From: Balanoglossus misakiensis
Lineage: Eukaryota; Animalia; Hemichordata
Assembly: GCA_040954595.2 (NCBI GenBank)
Contig: CM082578.2
Location: 16,290,998-16,354,997, forward strand
DNA: 64,000 nucleotides
Direction of reading: 5' to 3'
Positions 13,152 to 36,586 of this stretch are shown piece by piece. How positions within the stretch are numbered: the stretch's first letter is position 1; the number at the start of each line of letters is the position of its first letter. The notes under the pieces were generated by a model that was not told the DNA's origin, ran no database searches, and saw only the letters and a list, made by a program, of their open reading frames with translations. A program made the translations under genes and the position numbers.

Positions 13152-15699
13152 TCACATCCTCTTGGTGTTGAATAATTCTTTGGATTGGTAAAGTCCTAGA
13201 GCATATGCATAGACTCTGGAATCGATGACGACATCCTCTTTTTTGGCTAAGTCTGAAAAATGAAATGAGATAGTTTATGATGCAGGCCTTTCCAAGGTCA
13301 TTGTTTATGACATTATGTCGCTTGTGGTACATTCAGATTTTCTAAAAAGTCAAGTATTGCACTGACAGAAGGGGTGAGTGAGACCTGGGTATCTGCGGGG
13401 ATATCAATATGTGACACCATCAAGATAATTGCATTGTGGCAACCAAAATACACATTCAAGCTCCATGTCAAATTATTCCTACCTTGTAATTGGAAGACGA
13501 GTCGATGGATTGGAAGCAGAAGAACTTCTATTGATTCACCCTCATCTGAAAACAACAGTAGCATATCAGTCTTTTTCATGCGTATTATGTAAATTTGTAA
13601 CCAGGTCATCAACAAACATACAAAGAAAATACTGAGAGATGTCTATCATATGGTTCATATGTTGATGTACTCACCTGTACTCTGACGAGGCTTTTCATTT
13701 GCGGGATCATCACCATCAATCTGAAAACATAAACCAGTATGTGCTGTCATATCATGATTGGTCCAATGATTGCTATATACATGAATAGTGGTCATCGTAG
13801 ATGGCTTCATAATGGTCATCTCACTTGGAGAACACTGCCAGGTGGTATCAGGGAGTTTATCAAACAGGCTTCAAAAGATCACGACAAAATTCGTTTTTCT
13901 CAAAGTTTTAATGGCAGGTGGGTAACTTACTTGCATTGAAACTTGAGCCACATTACAGTTAGAAACACCAGGATCGAGAGCTGTTGCTGGAATAAATAAA
14001 ACACACTATATCAGTACAGTAAGCTGGATAACTCCACAGATGCATGGAAGTGACTGTGTGAATGACAAGTATCCAAGAAATGCACAGCTCTCACTGCCAC
14101 GTAATTTACTTATTCCAAGAGAGTGTATAATAGAGACAGCTGTGTGACCTTTATTCCTACATGTATTCGATTCATAAAAATGCATGCCTACCAGAGCCAA
14201 CATGTGTGACTGTGGCAGTATACCCCGTTTCCTCCTTCATTTCTCTCAATGAAGTCTCTTCTAATGTTTCATTGGCATCAACAAGACCTATTGGCATAAA
14301 AATAAAGGATCACTTTGCATTATGGCATATGACAGCAGAATTCAAATTATTTCTCATCTCCACCAAGATGCCTTATATGTTACGTTACTGTACTCTGTGA
14401 TCGTCCAAAACGCAAACTCAACAGAATGGAATGGCCAGTTCCTTCCTTGTTCTACTGCATTTGAAAGGAACAGGTATATCATAACATGGATGTTAACCTT
14501 GAAAAATGATAATGTTGTCAGTCTGGCCAAACACTTTACATGCCATGATGTAACACCAGAGTCCAAAGTGTTACATGATATGACATCACAATAAAAAACC
14601 CTCAAGTGTCCTTGTAAATCAGCTATGGTCACCAACTGCCACATAAACATACCTGCTGGAAACTCGATGGTGTAAGACTTCATGGCTGGTCTGTACTGCT
14701 TTACAAATACCATGCAATCATAATGTAGAACTCGTTTCAATACTGCTACCATACACACTGCTGCAATAAAGGCATCACAAAAATGTGGAAAAATAAGGGT
14801 TTTCCAATCTAGTAGGAAGATAATCTTTTCTTTTACTCTAAATCTGTGATATAATGATTCTAGTTGTACAACTCACAATGGCAGCACATTTTATATTTAC
14901 CATCAACTTTGACATGTTCCCTTCTGGTTGTCCTTTCCACTGTTTCCCAGGTCCTGTCTTTGCCTCTTGCATCTCTGTACGTGGTCTTATTCAGAGACAG
15001 CCATTTACCAGTACACATAGGCTGCATAAACACAAACATGTCCATTAAAACTATTACAGTATTAGACTATTGAGGTTAGCAAATCAATTCTTACAGCCTT
15101 ACTACAGGTTTTCTTTTTAGAAGCTGAGCATACAGTTTTAGAGATCACAAGTGACAACTCCTGATTTTATTAATAACCACTCAGATAGATATGCCTTATG
15201 GACAATTTTTGTGCAATGCTGCCACAATGTGCTATTTCAGTGTTTGTAAACATACATATGTACAGACTGCGCACGCTCAGTTTACCATGTGCGTGTGACG
15301 CTCATATGGGGGTATCTCAACACCACATCACTGCTGTAATTATCACCTCTTGTGTCCTAATTATCTCACCTCTTGCTTTAAAAACTCGCACTTCTTATTC
15401 GCCGCATCGCTGTTCATATTGTTGTTCATTGTTACTGTATAACTGTCAAAGGCGGAGACCAGGCTGCGATTGGACTTGGCAGTTGGAATGAGAATGGTTG
15501 ACCGTGAATGTGATAATGATGATATTGCAACCCCAGGTTGCAGAAACTTGTATGGCTTCTGGAAGCCCCTTTTCAAATTTAGACAATTCCTGACCGATGC
15601 GTATCCCCTGTTGATTGACAAATATGGGGAATTTTGCACAACGGGGCTTCCTTCCAGGCCAATCGCAGTAACACAGATTGTACGGACCACCCTTTTCAT
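13152..15699 (-). CDS. NUDT5: ADP-sugar pyrophosphatase (Nudix hydrolase 5)
   Basis: Exons (minus): 15699 or 15429-15370, 15021-14901 ([28 protein letters not shown]), 14760-14653 ([18 protein letters not shown]), 14287-14192 (Nudix box [23 protein letters not shown]), 13986-13931 (ALDPG), 13720-13675 (IDGDDPAN), 13545-13483 (DEGESIEV), 13252-13152 ([16 protein letters not shown]). The start codon is uncertain. Confidence 0.92.
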
Positions 15700-17817
15700 C
15701 AGTCTCTCACGTTTGGCCGCTGCACAAATAAATACTTCCGCTCTCGTAACCAAGTTACAAACGACATTATTCAGAGCAAGCTTAAGTGTACGGCTTTATG
15801 CAATAAACACACGCTTAAAAATCTGAAAAGCGTTAATTTTAATGAGATGATGCTGCGGTGAAAAAGTTAATGAATTTTGCCTTTGTTCTTTCTGGTCTGC
15901 GCATTAATCGCCAGCCGTTCGTCCTCAAATGACTTGGTCAAAGGTCAGTCAGCTGGTGTTTACGCGCGATCCTGACGCATGTAAACAAGTTTACGTCGAC
16001 CCGACCATTGGACTACATGTATGAGTGTTAGTGTGCGGAGAAACTGACGCAAGACATCAATATAAGGCAGCGACCTCCAGACGTGCAGACAGACAACACC
16101 TGTACGAGGATAGGCCTGGGCAATGTGAGTATCAGTATAATCATGATAATGTCATTTTTTAAATTCGCTATACGTTCGATCAGAGGTGTTTATAGTCGTG
16201 GGACACGAAGCGGAAATTTTGACTGGTGATGAGAATGTGCGATCACTGTGTGCTGACTGATAGCGATAATGTTTGTTCCTCAATATTTGCAGTGTAGAGC
16301 GACCAACACAACATAACCTCAAACGCAGACAAACGGCATGAATTGCCATATAGTCCATAATTATTCAATTACACTTCTTTCTTACTTGAAAGTTGAATAA
16401 GATATTGAAAAAGGCACATTCAGATGTACACGTAGTCGGCTGAGTTTTAAAGTAAATGGAAAATCATGAACTGTTGTCAGTTTCAAGCTCACAGCAAGAT
16501 TTTTATCGGATTAGGAGTTAATACGGAAATTAAATGCGATCCTGCTGAAGGTCCGATTTTAAAAGAAAACAAAACAATACAAAAATGTTGTCACATAGCC
16601 AAAAGAACAATGGCGTGGAAATATTAGCTTTTCTATTATGGAGAGTATTGAACGCACGTATACACGTTGATTGTTGAAAACAAGGTCATCCAAGTGTCAT
16701 TCTCTGAGTGAGAGAGCACAGTGACCTTAGCAGCTCAGTCTGGGCTAATCATAATCATGATATTTCATGGATCATGAGACTGTTGAGTATAACCAATCAA
16801 ATTACTTGTATGTCATCTAGTGTTTAAATTTGCCAATATAATTATAAAATGTGTAAACATGTCAGTTTTATAGTAGATTTTGAAAAAGCAACTTAAAAAG
16901 AATTGTACATGTACTACAATGTACTTTATTTGAAAAATTTGCCACTGTTTAGCACTGTGGCCTGTAGAGGGGTGTGTCTTACCTGGTTGACATACCCCCC
17001 GCCCCATCCCACAGCCTGTAAGTACCACCCACACATTGAACCAGTTCCTTGAAACCATACTGACTTACTATTCATATAAAGCACAAGTTGCATGTAAGCA
17101 AGGACTCGTAAATTAATTGCTCACATATTGGAATGCTTTCCTGTTGCAAATATACAATAGCATGATTTGTTACACATATAAAAAAAGGATATTAAACTGA
17201 TAAGCTGTGTAACGGCTGTCACCATGTTATGTACATGTATGCTGTTTTGTGTAGCATTATGTTGGAGTTGTCAAAGTCACATGATCACGTTATCCTCATG
17301 TCGTGGGGGTCATGAAACCTGGCAGCCAGAATATTTATACAAAGTGCACTTAACAATTCAGCCTACCAAGGGGTATGTTTTCTGGTAAACTAATCAGGTT
17401 AAGATTTACCACATTGGAAAGAGACTGTCACTGGTCGATGGCAGGTAAAGGGCAATAGTCATAATAAAAAAGCTGTTTCTGGTCATGACTTTTTTCTAGA
17501 AACAGGCGGCTGTGAAACAGCCCCCCCCCCCTCTACTTGTCAAGTTAAACTAAGTCACACATAATTTAGCATGAAAAACTGATAAAAAGGGTCAATGCAA
17601 GGCTTTGACCCTCTGATACAGGCAGGTGATCCAGGCACCCAACAGTGATACAGGCAGCAGACCAGAAACAAATAATTTTTGGCCTAAAGACAACTCATTG
17701 TTTGACTTTTCCATAAATCAGTATATTTTTCTATGATAAGCTGTGACAGACTTGAACAATTTTGTTGTATTTATACAGCTAATGTACTCTGGACAGAGGA
17801 CGTTAAAGTGAATCACC

Positions 17818-17902
17818 ATGCAAGGGTCATCTGGTCACCTGGCGTCTAAAGAAAACAGCCACCGGATTATCATAACATCACCAAAAAGAAGAGAAGGTGA
17901 AA
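17818..17902 (+). CDS. Putative alternative first coding exon of PFKFB (MQGSSGHLASKENSHRIIITSPKRREGE)
   Basis: Pyrimidine-rich acceptor ...ttatacag (17778), CACCATGC start at 17818, open frame to A|GTAAGT donor at 17902. It is phase 1, matching PFKFB exon 2 (22785). Confidence 0.55.
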
Positions 17903-18874
17903 GTAAGTGGTTGATTAAGATGACTGAAAAAGCAACAAGAGCACCACAGTCTTATTTGCACACATTTACAAAAATACAATGTTAAGTGCCTGCTGGATGA
18001 GCAAACGACCGGGGCAGACGATGATTGCTATGGGAAATTGGCAAAAATTACAGCACCACCTTGAGTTCTAGTTTTGGCCACTGGTGGCACTAGCATTCCC
18101 AGGGATGGGAGCTGTACTGTACCAGTGCTACTGTGTAGTGACTGTGACAGCACACATCAATCAAACTGACAGTTATTCTCACATTTTTTTTCACAATTTA
18201 CTTTGCATTTAATAATACAACTTAAATGAATTTTCACTGCAAAGTTACATTTAATAACACTACATACTGGTATAAATAATATTTACACAGATGTCATTGC
18301 ATAGATATCAAGTTTACTGTTGCCATTTGGTGCTTATTTCATTCCCAATGTTTAATATGTGTTTGATAGTGTTGGCACCAAACTTTTTCAATTGCAGATT
18401 TTATATACACTGTATCTGCTATAATCTGCATATGCAAATTTTCATATTTGAAATATACATAGCATTTTACTGCTTTTATACATGTACTACCTTTTTGAAA
18501 ATTATAAACATTTCACATATGTGAAATGAGCGATGATCATGGCAAGCTCAATATTTCAGAAATATTTAAAGACGAACAAGGTTACATTTATCAAAAGTGA
18601 AAACGATTTTCCAATCATGTTATGGCTTGACGTACTGTAGAGTTCAAAAACTGAAGTTCATCACCTTGCTCATACAATACATGTATTTGTACAAAGTCAA
18701 TGTGTTTTCAAGTTTTGTCCACAAAATCTTTATTTGTATAATGCCCATTGTCATGGAAACGTGTCGACCCAATGTCTGAAAATACCTCTGTGACTGAATA
18801 CAGAGTGTTCATTCTTTCTGTCTGTTAAGTGTTCAGTTCTTGTAATGTCAGTGTCGGTGTTAGAAGTAGTACTT

Positions 18875-19801
18875 TTACATTCCAACTTCCTCAAAGTTTT
18901 TGTGGCCAGATTTGGAAGCATGATACTGGGCTTCAGCTTCTCCGGTCAGGCCAGTATTGCAGTCGATACATCGTAACCGGAATCTGGCCAAGTCAGTGTA
19001 TTGTTTCATCTGTCTTTGCTCCTCTGCCAGAGAAAGTGCCTTCGCCAGCACGGTGTCGTCTGTTGTCGGAAAGACAGTCTGGATAGGTTCGTCTGCATCC
19101 CCTGTTTCTAACACCAACGGATCATAATGAATGCCACAGTACAGAAGCAGTATTCTGTTTTGATAGTTTTCCGATTCTCCAAAACGACTGATGCGAACTG
19201 ATTGTGTGTCAACTACGTCAATCTCCACGCCGTAGAATTTGGACAAAATGGAAACTTCAATGGCGCCACCCCAGGTTTCATCGCTCATAATCCATGCGCA
19301 ATATTCATCATTATCCCTGCCGAGAAACGCTGTATTGTATGTACTTGGATCGTCAGCCACAACACGAGCAATAAGTTTTCGGAGTTCTCCAGCTCTACCA
19401 GGAGACGCCTGTCCTTGTTCCAACAGCAAACTTATGCTTGTGAATAAACAGGAGTTGTCTGCATCGACCGATAATTTGATCAACCTGCCACCGATTGTAC
19501 TTTTTCCAGTTTTAGTAGCATGATGAGGAATAGATTTAGCTGGGCCTTCCGAGGGCTTTTCTTCCACAAGTATAGTATCTCCGGAACGAAATGGTAAAGT
19601 TTCCAGGGAAGCATTTCTGTCTGAAAGATCAAGGACTCTGGGAGGATATCCATATTTGATTACTTGTGATTCAACAGGGACTCCAGAAAGAGTTGATAGC
19701 TTGTGCAACAGGGTACCAACACTTGAATGCAGAGTCAAATTTTCAATCAGCTTTCTTCCATTCTTTGACTGACACCGTAGATGTAAGCGGCGATCTCCCA
19801 T
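18875..19801 (-). CDS. YOD1: Ubiquitin thioesterase OTU1 (UBX-like + OTU + C2H2 zinc finger); CDS intronless, 5'UTR intron ~19839-20058
   Basis: N-terminal ubiquitin-like region (IKYGYPPRVLDL), OTU catalytic motifs DNSCLF, WGGAIE and GIHYD, and C-terminal CIDC...HASKSGH zinc finger. Confidence 0.96.
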   Translation of the reverse strand: MGDRRLHLRCQSKNGRKLIENLTLHSSVGTLLHKLSTLSGVPVESQVIKYGYPPRVLDLSDRNASLETLPFRSGDTILVEEKPSEGPAKSIPHHATKTGKSTIGGRLIKLSVDADNSCLFTSISLLLEQGQASPGRAGELRKLIARVVADDPSTYNTAFLGRDNDEYCAWIMSDETWGGAIEVSILSKFYGVEIDVVDTQSVRISRFGESENYQNRILLLYCGIHYDPLVLETGDADEPIQTVFPTTDDTVLAKALSLAEEQRQMKQYTDLARFRLRCIDCNTGLTGEAEAQYHASKSGHKNFEEVGM

Positions 19802-20058
19802 GATGATGTTATTTGGGAATTACGATAGTCACTGCATTCTGCAAAATAAAGGAGGCAAGCAGTAAATAATGAGGCAGCTTACATAGGCTGTGATATTGTT
19901 TACTAATTACAAACTGTATATTGCAAAGAATGAAAATCACTTTATTAGGTCAGTCACTGTCATCTGCTGTACTGCAGCTTCCTGTCGCAAATGTAGTATG
20001 AAAACGTCTATTTTTTATAGATAAAATTATATCGGTCCTTGTAAAGATTGATACTCAC

Positions 20059-20227
20059 TAAATTTTGACCAAAAGCAGATGGTGAAATACGTGAATGTTG
20101 ATTAGATCGGTGAATAAACGGAGTCCGACGGCCGGCCGTGTGTCATCACTGAGCTGCAGTGAATTTGTTGAATACGTCACCCAAGTCTGTGCTCGAAAGC
20201 AGTGACGTCACTTGCATTTGAAGGAAA
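20059..20227. promoter_or_regulatory. Bidirectional promoter region YOD1/PFKFB with palindromic CRE (TGACGTCA at 20203-20210)
   Basis: YOD1 5'UTR donor at ~20058 (minus) and PFKFB ATG at 20228 (plus) lie ~170 bp apart. The region is CpG-enriched, with AGTGACGTCACT palindrome and TACGTCA half site at 20173. Confidence 0.6.
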
Positions 20228-31472
<11,245 letters not shown>

Positions 31473-33553
31473 TTGCCAGATATTGCATGAATGCATTTAG
31501 ATCCCAAGCAGAAGGAAAAATCCCTAGTGAACATCAAACAGCCAGAGCAGAATGTTACACTTTGATGTTCCAACAGTCCGTAATTGTTTGCAACTCTGTA
31601 GATGACAACATTTTCCTGTCTGACACAGTCATCAATAATGATTGTACACATCCTGCAACATGAAGCCAATGAAGATATTCATTTGAATGCTTGAGGGCGC
31701 TGTGCTGACAGTTGTCAAGTAACTAATGATAAAACTCATAAGAATGTGTTGCGTTTCAGTTAGTGTTCCAGTGTAACATTATTCCCTGTAAGTGTGGTGC
31801 TGGTATAGAATAAAAATGGGAGGGATGGTGCCATATATCTATGCTGACGATATTTACATAGTCTGTGGTGCAAATCAAAACACTAAATTAGCCTAAAAAT
31901 AAGGAAACTTAAACTATATCAAGTGCTTCATCCCTCTTGTAAATAAGGAAGTTGGGTAACTATTCAAACCATGAGTGAAATTCAGATTTGTATTCTGTCT
32001 GTTCTGTAGAGAATCTATATTTTGCTAGGAAAATATGTCATCAGGTGTAACATGTCCTGTAGGTTGGGAAGATAGACAACAATAGAAACTGCAATGGGTG
32101 TATTTCAGATTTGTATTTTTGTCCTAGAGAATTCTATAATTTTTGGTAGGAAGATGTTTAGAACTGCATTGTATTCCAATATGACAATGGTGCTTGTGGA
32201 TGATACTTCCTGGTTTGAGTTTGCTCAATGCAAGCATTATATCTCTACTAGGATTGCAGTTTGCTTTGCATGCTTCTGGTGGCCTGTAATAATTGTGCTT
32301 TCTGGGCATATCCTTTAATAGAAGCTGCACAGTATGCATGCATAACAGCTGTGCAGATAAAGATTTCCAGTTAGTTTTGCAGGCATGATGAACAGTATCT
32401 TGAGACTGAAGCGACTGCAACCTTTGTAACCTTTCAGTTCTACTGCGATGCAAGTATCCCACCTAACTGTACATTCTCCAATATCTGCTTTCTGGTGTTT
32501 GACTTGAGACGACAGATGCCTTCAACTACAGCGGGCAGGCATTAGTGCTCATTTTCCTGTATAATAATGTGGCATGGATTGCTTTGACATGTCAATGTTT
32601 TGTGTCATGCAGTTGTGACATGCCACGTTTAGATTTTGTGATTGTGTAGGAACAATCATCTGAAATGAAACCTTGAATATTTTATGTTCAGTACAGCATT
32701 GCAAAGACAAGTGTTATTTGAGCTTTGAACGGCTGAACATAATAAAAAGAATAAAATGCAGCAAACCTGAAACCAGCTTGCGTCTGTTATTCTATTCATA
32801 TTGGCCTTAGTAAGACTGAGCTTCATTAAAGACAGACATGGGTGCAGACACAAAATGCAATTTCATACTGTAGTAAATATTATTTTTCGATCAAATTCCC
32901 ATATTTCTGTATGTATCCACATATGCATGGGGTGATGAACAGCCATTACTTCCAGAAATGCACAAGTACACAGATGCAAAGTTTTGTAACAAAAAGCTAT
33001 TTAATGAACTCAACAATATAACACTATGTAACTACATCAACTATAAAGAAATTTATGACAGATGATGTATCTTCTCATTCCATATGATGAACAACTGAGT
33101 TGTACATTTCAAGTATCCTAGCTGAAAAGCTTTGAGAGAAAACAACTGGTAGCCACAGGTTAAACTGTTCTTGATACAACTTCGAAGGAGACCGTCAGCC
33201 AGTCTTGACTGGTCCCGGAAAACAGCTGTGGAAGTCGCCATATAACTACTAACAGAACAAGGTTTGTTTTCAAACCAACATCAAAAACTGCAGTGTATGT
33301 AAAACTATGCAGATTGTAGCATTCGCTATGAAAATACATGATGTGATCACAGTGAGATAACTCGCATCAACTGACGCAAGTGATCAGTGAACTGGAAATG
33401 AAATATATCATACACTGCCGAGAAACTTTTGCCAAAAACAAACATAACACAGATGAAACACCTGATCAATCAGTAATCTTGATAACATCAACATCACAGC
33501 CACTTTATTTGACTGTGCCAAAGTTCCTCACGTACATCAGAGCTGACTAAGAG

Positions 33554-35289
33554 TTAATCACCAGTATAACCACAGGATCCAGATCTTGGGGAGTTGACAT
33601 ACGGTAGGGCCATCTCAGGATCTGCATCGTCATCAGCTCCACAGCAACTCTCTGTGCAATAGAACTGGCCGTCGAAATCGCAATATACATACTCTGCTGG
33701 CTTGTCGCACTTTTTGCATGGCACCATCGGCTTCACGTTTCGCACAAGGATGATCCCTTGGTTCTCTTCAGTTGACAGCTTATCAAAGTCGCCCGGCTTC
33801 AGACGTTTCTTGCCTGTGAATATGCATTTTATTTACTGTGTATTTTAAAAGACATGATATGCAAACAAGGTCCTATTACAGGCCCTGTGGTATGGATCTG
33901 TGCCAGCAAAGCCATCACATGGCAGTCACAATCTTTTACATTCTATCCTGAGGCCACCATCTGCAATTCAATCTTTTGGAGTTTTGTTGAAGGGTGAGAC
34001 AGCTCTCATAAAAAGACACTCACCTAGGATTTGGATCTTGGCTTCAGTAGTTGTTCCCATATCGTAATCATAATTGATACTGTACTGGTCTCCACAATAC
34101 TTTATGATCTTGTCATCCATTGGTCGTTGTCCCGGCAACGTATCGAAGTCAGGATCGTAGTGTGATGTCAAGATTATCTCCTGGCTGGTTGCCGCAAAGA
34201 GAGCTGCAAAAAAGTCTGGCTATTTTTTTTTTTTTGGGGGGGGGGGGGGGTAGAAATCAAAATGAGTTATGAAAGAACAAAAACCACTAAACATCAAAAT
34301 CAACAAGAAGAAGCAAGGATCAGTGATTGGTCTCAGAAGACCTCCAAAGATTCTTACCATGAAAGGAGGTGCAGGTGGAACTTGGTTGCCTAGGATCTTC
34401 TTTTTGATGTTGAACTGACTCATGTGACCACAGCACTCCATCCATACATCACGCAGGATTGCATCCAGGTCATCGAAATCAGCATCTAACTTAAACGCCA
34501 GAAGCAACTGGAATGCACCTGTGATTAAGAATTGGAGCATGGTGAGATGGTAAACAAACTACGGGTACATACAATGCCACAATGCCAGCTTGCAAAAGTT
34601 ACATGCATGCACACACACACCAGTCAAGTACTCACCATGCCAGTCTCTACTTTTTGCATGTACAAGTAAAGCATTGGGATCACCTTCTTCACACCAACAA
34701 TCATCGAAATGTAACAACCATTGCTGTTTTGACATCACTTTGTCACATTTAGCGCACTGCACAGGCACATTGCTGAATGGGTTTTTCTTCTTAGCTGCTA
34801 CAAGATAGAATAATTTAACATCAGCTTACCCAGTTGCCTTTGATAGAATACACCTATTTTCACATTCTAGCTAGTACATGTAGCACTCAGTACACTACAC
34901 CCCTGCTGCATCATCAGTGTAGATTAGATCAGCAAAATGCTTTGTGTATATGAGATCAATGCTGGGATTTGAAGAAGACAGACTAAAGAAACCTAAAAGG
35001 CCTTCCCCAAGTAAGAAACTCGAGTGCAATAATTACCAGACTTCTTTTTATCCGCCACATCATCTGTGCCTCTCTGCAATCTCATCACCAACTCTTGTTT
35101 GCTCCCTTCAACGGACAGCTTACGTTCTTTGAGTTTATCTTTCAGTTCCACCTCAGTCATGTCGGCCAATTCTAAGCGTTGGACGAGGTCATCCTTGACA
35201 CCGCTTAAAATGTAACCAGTCGCTCGAAGCTTGTCTTTCAGTTGCGATACCGTCATAGACTTGTAATTCACTGATGCGCCAGTCGCCAT
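33554..35289 (-). CDS. Tandem SAP-domain protein fused to a Cys-rich pRiA4b ORF-3-like (prokaryotic-type) domain, ~330 aa
   Basis: Five GT-AG exons 35289-35037, 34797-34636, 34518-34358, 34180-34024, 33813-33554 total 993 nt in one open frame. Two SAP motifs (MTVSQLKDKLRATGYILSGVKDDLVQRL; MTEVELKDKLKERKLSVEGSKQELVMRL) are followed by CAKC..H..C, LDAILRDVWMECCGHMSQF, YDYDMGTTT, LVRN..PCKKC, and PYVNSPRSGSCGYTG. The gene model is firm; the family assignment rests on motif recall. Confidence 0.8.
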
Positions 35290-36586
35290 TGTTTTCTCGG
35301 TCAGAAGATGAATTCACCGATCTCGCTAAAAAGTAACCGTCAGAGGAAATATTTAGTCAACTGTGTCGATCTATATACGAGTGTTCAAGTCAACTACCGT
35401 AAGTCACAACTTACTTGGTCTGTTAATTTCAGCTTTATGCGTTGAACTTGACTGACTGATGGAGAAATGTGCCCTGTCTGAAGTCACGTGGTAAAATATT
35501 GAAAAATGGCGCCACTTGGCGGCAGAAACGGAAAGCTACTGAAACTAGCAAACTAAGCCGAAGTTACAAGCCCACTGGGAGAATCAGCAGTGTTTCATTG
35601 GATTACGGTTGTCTAACCTCACGTGATTTTTTACACAAATTTGCTTCGAATACACTGGATCTCGTTTTTTATCTACTTGCCACTTGGTGGCGCTGATCTG
35701 TCTTATGCATGTGTGAACGACGTCACAGCGCGCACATTGTACAGGTGGTGGCGATTTGCAGATCGGCACCTGTAAACGCCCGGCAACAAAATCAATGGGC
35801 CGTCGGACATCAACATCACGACATGGCAGAATTCGTTTTATGCTGCTTTCTGAAATTTTCTTCGGAATGTGACGAGAAATGTATGCATGGTAGACTGATA
35901 CGCCGACTGCAGGCGAAGCTACTAGTATATGCCAAGGCCTAGGCCCACTCGTTTTTGTGCGACATGTAGGGGCCCAGGCCATGAGCTTTCTATTCATGCT
36001 ATTGGGCGACGACGTCGATGATGATGATCTATGAACTTCAGAAGAAAGACAGTTATGATGTAGCCTAGGCTTATCAAGAAAGACAACTTTCGCAATATAC
36101 AATACGTGTATTTGAACATTTTACTACAAACTTGTGTAATTATTCATACGGTAATACATAAGTTGTATAGATATTGAATTTCAGACTCTAAACTAATGCC
36201 TGATCAGAAAGTATTCAATTGTGTCGTGTACAGTAGTCTTATTTGTTAAGTAGACAGACATTTTAAATTCAACAACAACGCGCAAATCGGGTAATACATG
36301 CTTTTTATCGTATTGCTTTATCCTGAATGAAATAACGACTGGTGTGCGTTTACTGACAGCGCTCTGTCTAAGGCTGTAAATACCTCTCGTGAGCAAGTTA
36401 CAATAAGCATGTTACAATGTTGTGCATGTTTTAATTGGGGGATGATACTATAGTAGTCGTTTTAAAACGGAAGACTTGCCGTAAGATAATAAAAAATAAT
36501 TTCACTTTGTAAAAGTGACTGATCCAGCCACCCCCCGAAACATCGACTCTCCCCCTGTAATTTCTGTGCAATCCAACAGTGGAGAC

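Noticed and set aside
13152-13163. NUDT5 C-terminal -KRM as peroxisomal PTS1
   Set aside because: Lys at -3 departs from the S/A/C-K/R/H-L/M consensus; too weak to claim.
35584-36102. 172-aa minus-strand ORF between the SAP gene and Shisa
   Set aside because: Non-ATG start, no domain-like composition and no clear splice sites; probably promoter or UTR sequence.
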